A DNA stretch of 32,000 nucleotides. Source: Archaeoglobus fulgidus DSM 4304 (GTDB taxonomy: Archaea > Halobacteriota > Archaeoglobi > Archaeoglobales > Archaeoglobaceae). Below, in pieces: positions 18,462-27,236 of this stretch (position 1 is the stretch's first letter; every line of letters begins with the position of its first letter). The stretch is from the NCBI RefSeq assembly GCF_000008665.1, contig NC_000917.1, forward strand, positions 240,001-272,000, given 5' to 3'. The notes beneath the pieces were generated by a model. The model saw only the letters and a program-made list of their open reading frames with translations. It was not told the origin of the DNA and searched no databases. The translations under genes were made by a program, and so were the position numbers.

Positions 18462-18616
18462 TCCCTGACAACAATCACATACGCTCTCCACCCAATATAC
18501 CTCTTGGGCACATCAACCTTTGCTGAATTACCGAAAGGCGTGACTCTCTTCTCGAAAACAACCTCAACCTCCTCTTTCAGAACAAAATCTCCCTTCTTCA
18601 CTTCAACCCTCCTCAT
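18458..18616 (-). CDS. IS-encoded accessory protein, DUF2080-like, 52 aa
   Basis: MRRVEVKKGDFVLKEEVEVVFEKRVTPFGNSAKVDVPKRYIGWRAYVIVVRD*, trimmed from the listed 136-aa ORF, divergent from the transposase. Confidence 0.75.
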   Translation of the reverse strand: MRRVEVKKGDFVLKEEVEVVFEKRVTPFGNSAKVDVPKRYIGWRAYVIVVRD

Positions 18617-18667
18617 GTTAAGTATATCCATAGAAATACTTAAATACTTTTTGGTTGGAATCAGAAC

Positions 18668-19636
18668 ATGAACCTTGGATTCAGAGTGACAGGGAAGTTT
18701 GTAAGGGAACTTCTGGATGTTTTGGATGAAATTGCAGAGGAGATAAGACAGGAGGAGAAGGAAAAGTATCCGTACACAGAATGGGAGAGGAAGAGAGAAG
18801 TTGTTAAGGAAAGGCTGAGAAAACTCCCTGAATACGTTAGAGAGGCTATTTCTGTGATAACCGTGCAAAAGAGGGTGGGAAGACCAAAGAAAGTTGATCT
18901 GGAGAAGAGAGTTATGCTCTTTCTGTTTGCAAGGCTGATGGACAAATCAAACAGAGATATTGAGGAGCTTTTAGAGCTGTTTGAACCTTTATTCGGGATA
19001 AAGGTTAGCTACAAAACGATAGAAAGATTATACTCGGATGAAGAAGTTAGAATGGCTTTACACAACCTCTTCATCCTTCTGCTTAGAGAGGAAGGAGTTT
19101 CAGGAGATTTTTCAGGAGATGGGACAGGATACAGCCTAACCATCACTAAGCACTATAGAAGCAATCCTAAAAGGAAAGGTAAAGACTTCAGATACGTTTT
19201 CAGGATAATTGACATCGATACGGGAATGTACGTTGGCTTTGGCTATTCTGACAGATCTGAGAAAGATGCCTTTGAGAAGGCTTTAGGAATGCTCAAAAGC
19301 ATGGGGGTGAAGGTAAACTCGATTTCTCTGGATAAGTATTACAGCAGTAGGAAGACTCTGAGGCTGTTTGATGCTGAGACAGCTGTCTACGTCATTCCAA
19401 AGCGAAATCTTGCCAGAATAGGATTTGACTGGTTGAGGGTTATCGAGAGGATTGTTGAAGCTCCTTATAGGTTTCTGAAGAGGTACTTCAAGAGGAACTT
19501 AAGTGAGGCAGGATTTTCTGCTGATAAGAGGAGATTTGGATGGTTGATAAGGCAGAGGAGGGAGGACAGGAGAGAGATGGCTTTGTTTGCTGTTGGGCTG
19601 TGGCACAATGTGTTTGCTGTTAGGGTGGTGAGGTAA
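18668..19636 (+). CDS. Transposase of ISA1214-like element, 322 aa
   Basis: RVGRPKKVDLEKRVMLFLFARLMDKSNRDIEELLELFEPLFGIKVSYKTIERLY; candidate acidic residues in SGDGTG and SISLDKYYSSRKT; lies inside the terminal repeats. Confidence 0.85.
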   Translation: MNLGFRVTGKFVRELLDVLDEIAEEIRQEEKEKYPYTEWERKREVVKERLRKLPEYVREAISVITVQKRVGRPKKVDLEKRVMLFLFARLMDKSNRDIEELLELFEPLFGIKVSYKTIERLYSDEEVRMALHNLFILLLREEGVSGDFSGDGTGYSLTITKHYRSNPKRKGKDFRYVFRIIDIDTGMYVGFGYSDRSEKDAFEKALGMLKSMGVKVNSISLDKYYSSRKTLRLFDAETAVYVIPKRNLARIGFDWLRVIERIVEAPYRFLKRYFKRNLSEAGFSADKRRFGWLIRQRREDRREMALFAVGLWHNVFAVRVVR

Positions 19637-19661
19637 TTTTGTCCCAAAGTCCTCAAGGGGG

Positions 19662-19675
19662 AAAAGTATAAATAG
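19662..19675 (+). promoter_or_regulatory. Candidate BRE/TATA element for the TRAM gene
   Basis: aaaagtataaatag directly after the right TSD copy, about 45 nt upstream of the TRAM start; purine-rich BRE followed by TATAAAT. Confidence 0.55.
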
Positions 19676-19717
19676 TCTGCCGCAAGCATTTACGAAATTT
19701 GAAATGAGGTGTTGAAA

Positions 19718-19933
19718 TTGAGTGAATTTGGTAGAGAATTTGGCCGTGCGCCACCTGTGGAAGTTGGAGACATTAGGGAAGTAAGAATTGAGGCAGTAGG
19801 TTCGGAAGGGGACGGAATAGCGAAAGTTGATGGCTTCGTGGTCTTCGTGCCCGGAGTCAAAGTGGATGATGTGGTGACCATCAGGATAACAAAGGTCCTG
19901 AGAAAGTACGGCTTTGCCGAAGTTGTTGAGTGA
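19718..19933 (+). CDS. Small TRAM-domain protein
   Basis: PPVEVGDIREVRIEAVGSEGDGIAKVDGFVVFVPGVKVDDVVTIRITKVLRKYGFAEVVE; TTG start with gaggtg RBS. Confidence 0.85.
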   Translation: MSEFGREFGRAPPVEVGDIREVRIEAVGSEGDGIAKVDGFVVFVPGVKVDDVVTIRITKVLRKYGFAEVVE

Positions 19934-19947
19934 AAAAATAAAAAATT

Positions 19948-20247
19948 TTAGAGCTTGTTTAAAAGCTCTTCAATATTATTTATTAGCTCTTTTATTTCTT
20001 TTAACTCTCCTTTCATTTCCTCGATTTTGTCGTAGCCCTCGTCTCTCACCATTGCTCCGTACTGTGTCGGGACTATTATGCCGGACTGCTCAAGCACACG
20101 CAGAGAATACCTTATTCTGTGCTTGGGCATGTTGAGAATGTCCGACAACTTAAATATCCCGACCGGCTGCTTCTCCATCACAGTCTTGAGCACTTCCAGG
20201 TGTCGAAGTACTATTTCCGCCTCAGCCTTCAATTTTCTGAACACCAT
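19948..20247 (-). CDS. Winged-helix/HTH transcriptional regulator, 99 aa
   Basis: GIFKLSDILNMPKHRIRYSLRVLEQSGIIVPTQYGAMV followed by a coiled-coil-like tail. Confidence 0.65.
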   Translation of the reverse strand: MVFRKLKAEAEIVLRHLEVLKTVMEKQPVGIFKLSDILNMPKHRIRYSLRVLEQSGIIVPTQYGAMVRDEGYDKIEEMKGELKEIKELINNIEELLNKL

Positions 20248-20313
20248 AATAATGGTAGTAAGTAACGTATATAAAAATTATGTTAGCAATTGATTTGCTC
20301 TTCAAAAGCACTG

Positions 20314-20655
20314 TCATTCAATCTCCGCTACCTCTATAACCTCAAGCGGAATTCGCGGCATTCTCTTTCCGATCTCGTACTTGGCGATTTTGGCCGCATG
20401 CTCCGGGCTTTTTGCGTTAAAAACCTTCATCTCGAAGATTAGCCCCACTAACGCAACACCGGCAACCATAAACACGGCCTTCAGCGGGCTGTTGCACTTT
20501 GGACAGGCTGTGTCTCCCACATCGATCTTCACGAAGTCCAAATCAGGGTTGAGCTTCTTCCCCGCCTCGGCAACCGCTATGTTCATCGCGTCCTCAACAC
20601 TTCTCGCCTTTCTCACAATCCACGCAGCCTGCAGAACGACAAGGTAATCGGGCAT
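20314..20655 (-). CDS. UPF0212/DUF555-like protein
   Basis: MPDYLVVLQAAWIVRKARSVEDAMNIAVAEAGKKLNPDLDFVKIDVGDTACPKCNSPL. Confidence 0.75.
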   Translation of the reverse strand: MPDYLVVLQAAWIVRKARSVEDAMNIAVAEAGKKLNPDLDFVKIDVGDTACPKCNSPLKAVFMVAGVALVGLIFEMKVFNAKSPEHAAKIAKYEIGKRMPRIPLEVIEVAEIE

Positions 20656-20826
20656 CCACCCAGTAGTGGTACTCCGATTTTAAAAACTGTTGCATAGTTT
20701 GCTGCAAAATCTTTAATGGTCGTTCTGGACTATTGGCAGAGCAAACTTAAATTTTTTGGATATATAGGCTTCAAACCACTCAAAATAAAGAAAGGCTTTT
20801 ATGTTGAGTAAATAAAGGCAAAAGTG

Positions 20827-22014
20827 ATGTCGGAGAACGTTGCTGTTATAGGAGTGGGACATTCCAAGTTTGGAACAAGGAAGGACGTGAACATTGCAGA
20901 GCTATGCTGGGAGTCTATGAAACCGGCTTTTGAGTCAGCCAATCTTGAGCCAAAAGACATAGAATTCTTTGTCGTGAGCAATGCAGGCATGTGGAGCAGC
21001 GAGGCTGCTGTTCCGGCGCTGATGGCGGAGTATGCAGACCTCGCCCCAAAGGGCTCAATGAGGGTTGAAGCAGCATGTGCCAGCGGGAGTGCTGCAGTGA
21101 GAGTTGGTTACACTGCTGTGAAGTCCGGAATGGCTGACATCGTTCTGGTTCTCGGCGTGGAGAAGATGCAGGAGTCCCCCAATCCGAACGTAATTGAGCT
21201 AATCGGCAGGTTCGGAAGCTACTTCTGGGAGTTCGAGAACTTCGGCCTCACCTTTCCAGCTTACTACGCCCTTCATGGCACGGCTTACATGATGAAGTAC
21301 GGAGCTACCGAAGAGGACTACGCAAAGGTTGCAGTAAAGAACCACTACTATGGAGCTAAGAACCCCTACGCACAGTTCCAGAGGGAGATTGATGTTGAGA
21401 CTGTGATGAAAAGCCCATACGTTGCTTGGCCCTTCAAGCTCTTCGACTGCTCACCCATCACCGATGGCTCAGCCTGCATTATTCTGGCGAGCGAGGAGAA
21501 GGTAAAGGAGCTTGGAATAGATGAGAAAATCTGGATTCTCGGACAGGGTGTTGGAACTGGAACTGCAAACCTGAGCAGAAGGGAGGAATTCAGCTCCCTT
21601 GCCTCAGCAACCTACGCTGCCGAGCAGGCCTACAAGATGGCCGGAATCGACATCGACGACCCAACTAAGTATCTGGACGGTGCCAACGTCCACGACTGCT
21701 TCACCGCTCCAGAGATTATTGCCTACGAGGACCTCAGATTCTGCAAGAGGGGAGAGGGCTACAAGCTGATCAGAGAGGAGCAGACCTACATCGGAGGAAA
21801 GATTCCGGTAAACGTTGATGGTGGCTTAAAGGCCAAAGGTCACCCCATTGGAGCAACTGGTGTAAGTCAGGCAGTGGAGGCTTACAAGCAGCTGCTGCAG
21901 AAGGCAGAGCCGGGAAGGCAGGCTGACATAAACAAGGGAAGGTGGCTTGCCCACAATGTTGGAGGAACGGGGCACTACAGCTACGTGACAATTTACGGGC
22001 TTGAGAAGAGGTGA
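20827..22014 (+). CDS. Thiolase (acetyl-CoA C-acetyltransferase family)
   Basis: EAACASGSAAVRVGYTAVKSG, NVHDCFTAPEIIAYEDL, VDGGLKAKGHPIGATGVSQAVE; terminal NVGGTGHYSYVTI. Confidence 0.92.
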   Translation: MSENVAVIGVGHSKFGTRKDVNIAELCWESMKPAFESANLEPKDIEFFVVSNAGMWSSEAAVPALMAEYADLAPKGSMRVEAACASGSAAVRVGYTAVKSGMADIVLVLGVEKMQESPNPNVIELIGRFGSYFWEFENFGLTFPAYYALHGTAYMMKYGATEEDYAKVAVKNHYYGAKNPYAQFQREIDVETVMKSPYVAWPFKLFDCSPITDGSACIILASEEKVKELGIDEKIWILGQGVGTGTANLSRREEFSSLASATYAAEQAYKMAGIDIDDPTKYLDGANVHDCFTAPEIIAYEDLRFCKRGEGYKLIREEQTYIGGKIPVNVDGGLKAKGHPIGATGVSQAVEAYKQLLQKAEPGRQADINKGRWLAHNVGGTGHYSYVTIYGLEKR

Positions 22015-22019
22015 TATCG

Positions 22020-22508
22020 ATGAAAGAGGAGATAAAGAAGGTTATTGAGGAAACGGGACTTCCCATCATCACTGACGAAAAGAGCGGTGCAGCTCAGTGG
22101 GTTGATTTGAGAGAGCTCAGGCTCAGCTACATCATCTCCGTTGAGAACATCAAGCCCTTCTACGAGGGGCTGAAGGAGGGCAAGCTGCTAGGAACGAAGT
22201 GCAAGAAGTGCGGAAGACTCTTCTTCCCACCTCAGAAGGACTGTCCAAGCTGCTTTGATTCAGACATAGAGTGGGTCGAGCTTAAGAATGAAGGAACGCT
22301 TGAAACAATGACGGTTGTCTTCGTAAGGCCGCCGTCATTCAGCGCATACGACCCCTACCCTGTAGCAATAGCAAAGCTTGACGATGGGCCGAGAATCCTT
22401 GCGTGGTACAAGGGTGACCCCCAGCAGGCTAAGCCCGGAATGAGGGTTAAGATTCAGGTAGGTAAGAGGAAGGAAGGCTACCTGATGTATGAAATTGCAC
22501 CGGCGTGA
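22020..22508 (+). CDS. DUF35 OB-fold/zinc-ribbon acyl-CoA-associated protein
   Basis: FYEGLKEGKLLGTKCKKCGRLFFPPQKDCPSCFDSDIEWVELKNEGTLETMTVV. Confidence 0.88.
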   Translation: MKEEIKKVIEETGLPIITDEKSGAAQWVDLRELRLSYIISVENIKPFYEGLKEGKLLGTKCKKCGRLFFPPQKDCPSCFDSDIEWVELKNEGTLETMTVVFVRPPSFSAYDPYPVAIAKLDDGPRILAWYKGDPQQAKPGMRVKIQVGKRKEGYLMYEIAPA

Positions 22509-22517
22509 GGTGAGAGT

Positions 22518-24494
22518 ATGAAGGTAAAGAAGGTTTGTGTGCTTGGAGCTGGAGCAATGGGCAGCGGAATTGCCCAGGTGTGTGCGACCGCAGGCTATGA
22601 GGTATGGGTGAGAGACATAAAGCAGGAGTTTCTGGACAGAGGGAAGGCAGCGATTGAGAAGAACCTCCAGAAGGCTGTGAGCAAGGGCAAAATGACCGAA
22701 GAGAAGGCAAAGGAAATTCTCAGCAGAATTCACTTCACCCTCGACATGGAAGAGGCTGTTAAGGACGCTGATCTGGTCATCGAGGCGGTGCCCGAGATAA
22801 TGGATCTGAAAAAGCAAGTTTTCGCTGAAGTTCAGAAGTACGCCAAGCCTGAGTGCATCTTTGCAAGCAACACCTCAGGTTTGAGCATAACAGAGCTTGG
22901 AAATGCTACCGACAGACCGGAAAAGTTCCTTGGTCTGCACTTCTTCAACCCTCCGCCTGTGATGGCTCTCGTTGAGGTCATTAAGGGAGAGAAGACAAGC
23001 GATGAAACGATCAAGTTCGGCGTCGAGTTCGTAAAAAGCCTTGGGAAGGTTCCTGTTGTGGTTAAGAAGGATGTTGCTGGGTTCATAGTGAACAGAATTC
23101 TGGTGCCCTACCTTGTCCTTGCAATTGACGACGTTGAGAAGGGAGTTGCGACAAAGGAGGAAATCGATGCGACGATGATGTACAAGTACGGCTTCCCGAT
23201 GGGGCCCATAGAGCTTTCAGACTTCGTCGGGCTGGACATTCTCTACCACGCAAGCCAGCAGTGGGACATTGTTCCGCAATCAAAGCTTCTTGAGGAGAAG
23301 TTCAAGGCAAACGAGCTTGGAATGAAGACGGGCAAGGGATTCTATGACTGGAGCGCTGGAAGGCCAAAGATTCCTCAGGAGCTTGCTGGGAAGTACGACG
23401 CAATCAGACTCATAGCTCCGATGGTGAACATAGCTGCAGACCTAATTGCAATGGGTGTTGCAGATGCGAAGGACATCGATACTGCAATGAAGCTGGGAAC
23501 CAACATGCCCAAAGGGCCATGTGAGCTTGGCGATGAGATTGGTCTGGATGTAATCCTTGCAAAGGTCGAGGAGCTTTACAAGGAGAAGGGATTCGAGATT
23601 CTCAAGCCCTCAGAACACCTCAAGAAGATGGTGTCAGAGGGCAAGCTGGGAGAGAAGAGCGGTGAGGGCTTTTACAGCTATGGCAAGGGAGAGATGACCT
23701 TCAAGAACATCGAGATTGTTAAGGACACCGAGAACAAGATTGCAAAGCTCATAATAAACCGCCCGCAGAGACTGAACGCCCTCTCCCTCGACACGCTCGA
23801 TGAGATCTTCGAGGCTCTGAGAATGCTTGAGAAGGATGACGACGTGAGAGTTGTTGTAATTACCGGAGCCGGAGACAAGGCTTTCTCAGCAGGCTTTGAC
23901 TTGCAAACCGCAATGCAGGTGCCGGACTTCTTGGCCCCGGCAAACTCGATGATGGTGGCGGCGAAGGGACAGTGGGTCTTCACGCAGATTGAGAGGTTCC
24001 CGAAGCCGGTCATTGCAGCTATAAACGGATACGCCTTTGGTGGAGGGTGCGAGCTTGCCTTGGCATGTGATTTCAGAATAATGAAGAGAGGTGCCAAGAT
24101 TGGGCTCACGGAGATCAGCCTCGCCCTCATCCCCGGCTGGGGCGGAACGCAGCGCTTGCCAAAGCTGGTTGGACTTACAAAGGCCAAGGAAATGATAATG
24201 CTCGCAAAGAGAATTGATGCCGATGAGGCAGAGAGAATTGGGCTTGTCAACAAGGCTGTTGATCCGGAGAAGTTCGAGGAGGAGGTTATGGCCCTGGCAA
24301 AGGAGCTCGCAGCTGGCCCACCAGTCAGCCTGAGGGCGGCAAAGTACGCCATTAACTTCGGAGCTGAGCTTCCAGCAGAGATTGGACAGATGATCGAGGC
24401 CGGAATGTTCGCTGTTGCAACCTCAACTCAGGATGTTGTAGAGGGTGTTTCGGCCTTCTTCCAGAGGAGGAAGCCTGAGTTCAAAGGAAAGTAA
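22518..24494 (+). CDS. Bifunctional 3-hydroxyacyl-CoA dehydrogenase / enoyl-CoA hydratase
   Basis: VLGAGAMGSGIAQVCATAGYEVWVRD, GLHFFNPPPVMALVEVI, FVKSLGKVPVVVKKDVAGFIVNR; C-terminal crotonase GAGDKAFSAGFDL, INGYAFGGGCELALACDFRI. Confidence 0.95.
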   Translation: MKVKKVCVLGAGAMGSGIAQVCATAGYEVWVRDIKQEFLDRGKAAIEKNLQKAVSKGKMTEEKAKEILSRIHFTLDMEEAVKDADLVIEAVPEIMDLKKQVFAEVQKYAKPECIFASNTSGLSITELGNATDRPEKFLGLHFFNPPPVMALVEVIKGEKTSDETIKFGVEFVKSLGKVPVVVKKDVAGFIVNRILVPYLVLAIDDVEKGVATKEEIDATMMYKYGFPMGPIELSDFVGLDILYHASQQWDIVPQSKLLEEKFKANELGMKTGKGFYDWSAGRPKIPQELAGKYDAIRLIAPMVNIAADLIAMGVADAKDIDTAMKLGTNMPKGPCELGDEIGLDVILAKVEELYKEKGFEILKPSEHLKKMVSEGKLGEKSGEGFYSYGKGEMTFKNIEIVKDTENKIAKLIINRPQRLNALSLDTLDEIFEALRMLEKDDDVRVVVITGAGDKAFSAGFDLQTAMQVPDFLAPANSMMVAAKGQWVFTQIERFPKPVIAAINGYAFGGGCELALACDFRIMKRGAKIGLTEISLALIPGWGGTQRLPKLVGLTKAKEMIMLAKRIDADEAERIGLVNKAVDPEKFEEEVMALAKELAAGPPVSLRAAKYAINFGAELPAEIGQMIEAGMFAVATSTQDVVEGVSAFFQRRKPEFKGK

Positions 24495-24569
24495 AAATTC
24501 ACCTTTCAAATTTTTAAAAATAGGAAATTTTTTATTTCGGTTTGCTCATCATGGCACGGAGGTGGTTGA

Positions 24570-25313
24570 ATGAAAATAATCGTGCTCGCAAAGCACGCTC
24601 CAGATCCGGAGTCGGAGATTAGCGTTGCCAGCGATGGCAAAAGCATAAGCCAGAGCGGATTGGTTTACGACATCAACGACTGGGACAGGTATGCTGTTGA
24701 GGAGGCCATAAGAATCAAAGAGGAAAAGGGCGGAGAGGTTGTGGTGGTAGGTGTAGGCACGAACTGCGACGACACGCTGAGAAAATGCCTCGCCATGGGT
24801 GCTGACAGGGCAATAAAGATTCCCGTTGACACGTCCTTTGACGCGTACCAGACGGCTGAAGTGATAAAGGAGGCAATAAAGGACGAGCAGTTCGACATGA
24901 TTTTTGCAGGGCTCATGAGCCAAGACTTGAACAACGCACAGGTAGGTGTACTGCTCGCTGCAATGCTGGATTTGCCGGTTGCTACCGCCGTTGCTGAGCT
25001 TAAGGTTGAGGACGGAAAGGTTATAGCAAGGAGAGAGCTTGAAGGAGGCTATCTTGAGGAAGTGGAGCTTCCCACTCCGTGCGTTCTCACAATTCAGAGC
25101 GGTATCAACGAGCCAAGATACGTGTCGATTATGGGTATAAAGAGGGCCAAGTCGAAGGAGATGAAGGAAGTCAGCGTTACGCCAAGCATCTCAACGCTCG
25201 AAATAGAGAAAATGTATCTCCCGCCGGTCAAGAAGGCAGAGATGATTGAGGGTGATCCGTCACAGATAGCTGAGAAGATTATCCAGATACTGAAGGAGAG
25301 GGGGTTGATATAA
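24570..25313 (+). CDS. etfB: Electron transfer flavoprotein beta subunit (FixA family)
   Basis: MKIIVLAKHAPDPES...GLVYDINDWDRYAVEEAIRIKE...DMIFAGLMSQDLNNAQVGVLLAAMLDLP. Confidence 0.92.
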   Translation: MKIIVLAKHAPDPESEISVASDGKSISQSGLVYDINDWDRYAVEEAIRIKEEKGGEVVVVGVGTNCDDTLRKCLAMGADRAIKIPVDTSFDAYQTAEVIKEAIKDEQFDMIFAGLMSQDLNNAQVGVLLAAMLDLPVATAVAELKVEDGKVIARRELEGGYLEEVELPTPCVLTIQSGINEPRYVSIMGIKRAKSKEMKEVSVTPSISTLEIEKMYLPPVKKAEMIEGDPSQIAEKIIQILKERGLI

Positions 25314-26266
25314 TGAAGGTGTTCTGCGTTGCCGAATACAGGTTCGAGGAGCTCAATCCGCTCAGCATCGAACTGCTAAACCTTGCAAACCAGATCAAGG
25401 GGGATGGCACGGCTGAGGCTGTGGTGATCGGCAAGGATGTGGGCAAGTACGCAGAGGAGCTTGCGAAGTACGCCGACAAGGTATGGAAGGTGGAGGATGA
25501 CAGCCTTGAGAACTACACGCCCGACCTTTACGTTGACGTGCTGCTGCAGCTTGCCGAAAGAGAGAAGCCCGATTTGATACTGATTGGCAACACCGCCCAG
25601 GGCGGGGAGTTTGCACCGTACCTCGCAGCTAAGATGAACGTTCCGATTGCAACTGACGTTGTTGCCGTTGACGTTAGCGATGGAGTTAAGGTGTCGAGAT
25701 ACTTGATGCAGGGCAAGCTTATGGTTGACCTTAAGCTGAAGTCAACTCCCGCTGTGCTCACCATCAGACAGGGAGTTTTCAAGGAAGGGCCTGAGGTAGG
25801 CGGAGAGATAGTCGATGCCGGAATCAAGCCGAGCAAGGAATCGAGAAGGAAGTTCGTGTCCTACATCGAGCCAGAGGTCGGTGAGGTTGACATTACGCAG
25901 GCCGACATAATCGTGTCAGTTGGCAGAGGTATTGAGGATGCATCCAACATCGAGCTGGCTGAGGAGCTTGCAGAGCTTCTTGGTGGTGTGGTGGCTGGAA
26001 GCAGGCCGGTCATAGACAACGGATGGCTGCCGAAGGACAGGCAGGTCGGTATCTCAGGAAAGGTCGTGAAGCCAAAGCTTTATCTGGCCCTCGGTATCAG
26101 CGGTGCATTCCAGCACATCATGGGTATGAAGGACAGCGAGCTTATAATCGCCATCAACAAGGATCCGGAAGCACCGATCTTCGGTGTGGCTCACTACGGT
26201 GTTGTTGCCGACCTCTTCGAAGTTGTCCCCGAGCTCATCGAGAAGCTGAAGGAAATAAAGGGCTGA
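25313..26266 (+). CDS. etfA: Electron transfer flavoprotein alpha subunit (FixB family)
   Basis: C-terminal LYLALGISGAFQHIMGMKDSELIIAINKDPEAPIFGVAHYGVVADLFEVVPEL. Confidence 0.94.
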   Translation: MKVFCVAEYRFEELNPLSIELLNLANQIKGDGTAEAVVIGKDVGKYAEELAKYADKVWKVEDDSLENYTPDLYVDVLLQLAEREKPDLILIGNTAQGGEFAPYLAAKMNVPIATDVVAVDVSDGVKVSRYLMQGKLMVDLKLKSTPAVLTIRQGVFKEGPEVGGEIVDAGIKPSKESRRKFVSYIEPEVGEVDITQADIIVSVGRGIEDASNIELAEELAELLGGVVAGSRPVIDNGWLPKDRQVGISGKVVKPKLYLALGISGAFQHIMGMKDSELIIAINKDPEAPIFGVAHYGVVADLFEVVPELIEKLKEIKG

Positions 26267-26676
26267 TTTTATTTTAACTTTTTTATATTGTTCGTTATTG
26301 GTCATTCATTGCGTTGGTGGTAAAGCAGCTCCATGGTCTTACCTCAGCTGCAGACGTTCTAAGAGTTGTGGAACTGGTTTTGTCATCTCACCCATTTAAA
26401 CCTCTCTTTATTTCAGGTTTCTTTAGCTGCCATTGACTCAATTTGGCGTTCGCCCACTCTGTCGCAAGCTGAGAGCTTGCTGACTACGTAACACGCGGAG
26501 TGTTGATAGCTACTAGAAGTTCCCAAAATATAGGGGATGCATTCCTAAGAAACCGAGGTGTCATGATAACAGATAAAAAGTTTTTAGAAGTCAAACACTA
26601 TGGAGAATTATCTCATAACGTTATTTTTTAATACTCTATGGAACCAGAAGAGCGTAATCGAAAGAAGGTGATGTAG

Positions 26677-27144
26677 TTGAGTTTTGTTATCTGGATCACC
26701 GGGCCTAGCGGTGCGGGAAAGACGACGCTCGCTAATGCTCTTTACAAAAAACTGGAGAGTATGGGGTACAGGGTTGAGTTGCTGGACGGAGATGGCGTCA
26801 GGAGAAAGCTATACCCAAACTTAGGTTTTAGCGAGGAAGAGAGGTGGATGCACAATAGAGTTGTCGTGGAGATGGCGAGAAGGTTGTCGAGAAACGGTAT
26901 CATAACGATAGTTTCAGTCGTGTCCCCTTACAGGGCGTGGAGAGAGTACGCAAGGAAGGAGATAGAAAAATTCGTGGAGGTTTATCCAAGATGTCCTCTC
27001 GAAGTTAGGATGAAACGCGACCCTAAAGGGCTTTACAGCAAAGCTTTGAGAGGAGAGATAAAGGGGTTGACTGGTTTGGATGGTGAATATGAGGAGCCAG
27101 AGAATCCTGAAGTTGTGGTTGATACGGACAAAAATGACCGTTGA
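26677..27144 (+). CDS. cysC: Adenylylsulfate (APS) kinase, C-terminus altered by an apparent 1-nt insertion; restored frame would end at 27196
   Basis: WITGPSGAGKTTLANALYKKL, DGDGVRRKLYPNLGFSEEERWMHNRVV, TGLDGEYEEPENPEVVVDTDK. TTG start with gaaggtg RBS. Confidence 0.92.
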   Translation: MSFVIWITGPSGAGKTTLANALYKKLESMGYRVELLDGDGVRRKLYPNLGFSEEERWMHNRVVVEMARRLSRNGIITIVSVVSPYRAWREYARKEIEKFVEVYPRCPLEVRMKRDPKGLYSKALRGEIKGLTGLDGEYEEPENPEVVVDTDKNDR

Positions 27145-27236
27145 GGAGGAAGTAGAAGCAGTCTTGAAGAAGTTGATGGAATTGGGCTATCTCTAATTCG
27201 AAACTTTTTTATCAACTCGTAGAAAGGGAGGCAGAG

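Larger units (their letters stand above)
18427..19661. mobile_element. ISA1214-like insertion sequence (about 1.21 kb) with 12-bp direct target duplication
   Basis: Direct repeats TCCTCAAGGGGG at 18427-18438 and 19650-19661. Terminal inverted repeat TTTGGGACAAAATT (18441-18454) / AATTTTGTCCCAAA (19635-19648). Two ORFs inside. Exact end assignment is uncertain by 1-2 nt. Confidence 0.9.

Noticed and set aside
18617-18868. N-terminal 84 aa of the listed 136-aa minus ORF in the IS
   Set aside because: Antisense to the transposase start and crosses the intergenic promoter region; the conserved part begins at MRRVEVKKG (18616).
23678-24352. 224-aa plus-labelled reverse-strand ORF across the HBD-ECH gene
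   Set aside because: Antisense shadow ORF in a codon-biased gene; low-complexity SSS/PPP composition and no domain, whereas the opposite strand is an unambiguous enzyme.
26276-26676. Gap between etfA and cysC, checked for IS remnants or small RNA/gene
   Set aside because: Fragmentary ORFs only in both strands; no inverted repeats, motif or terminal duplications that I could defend.
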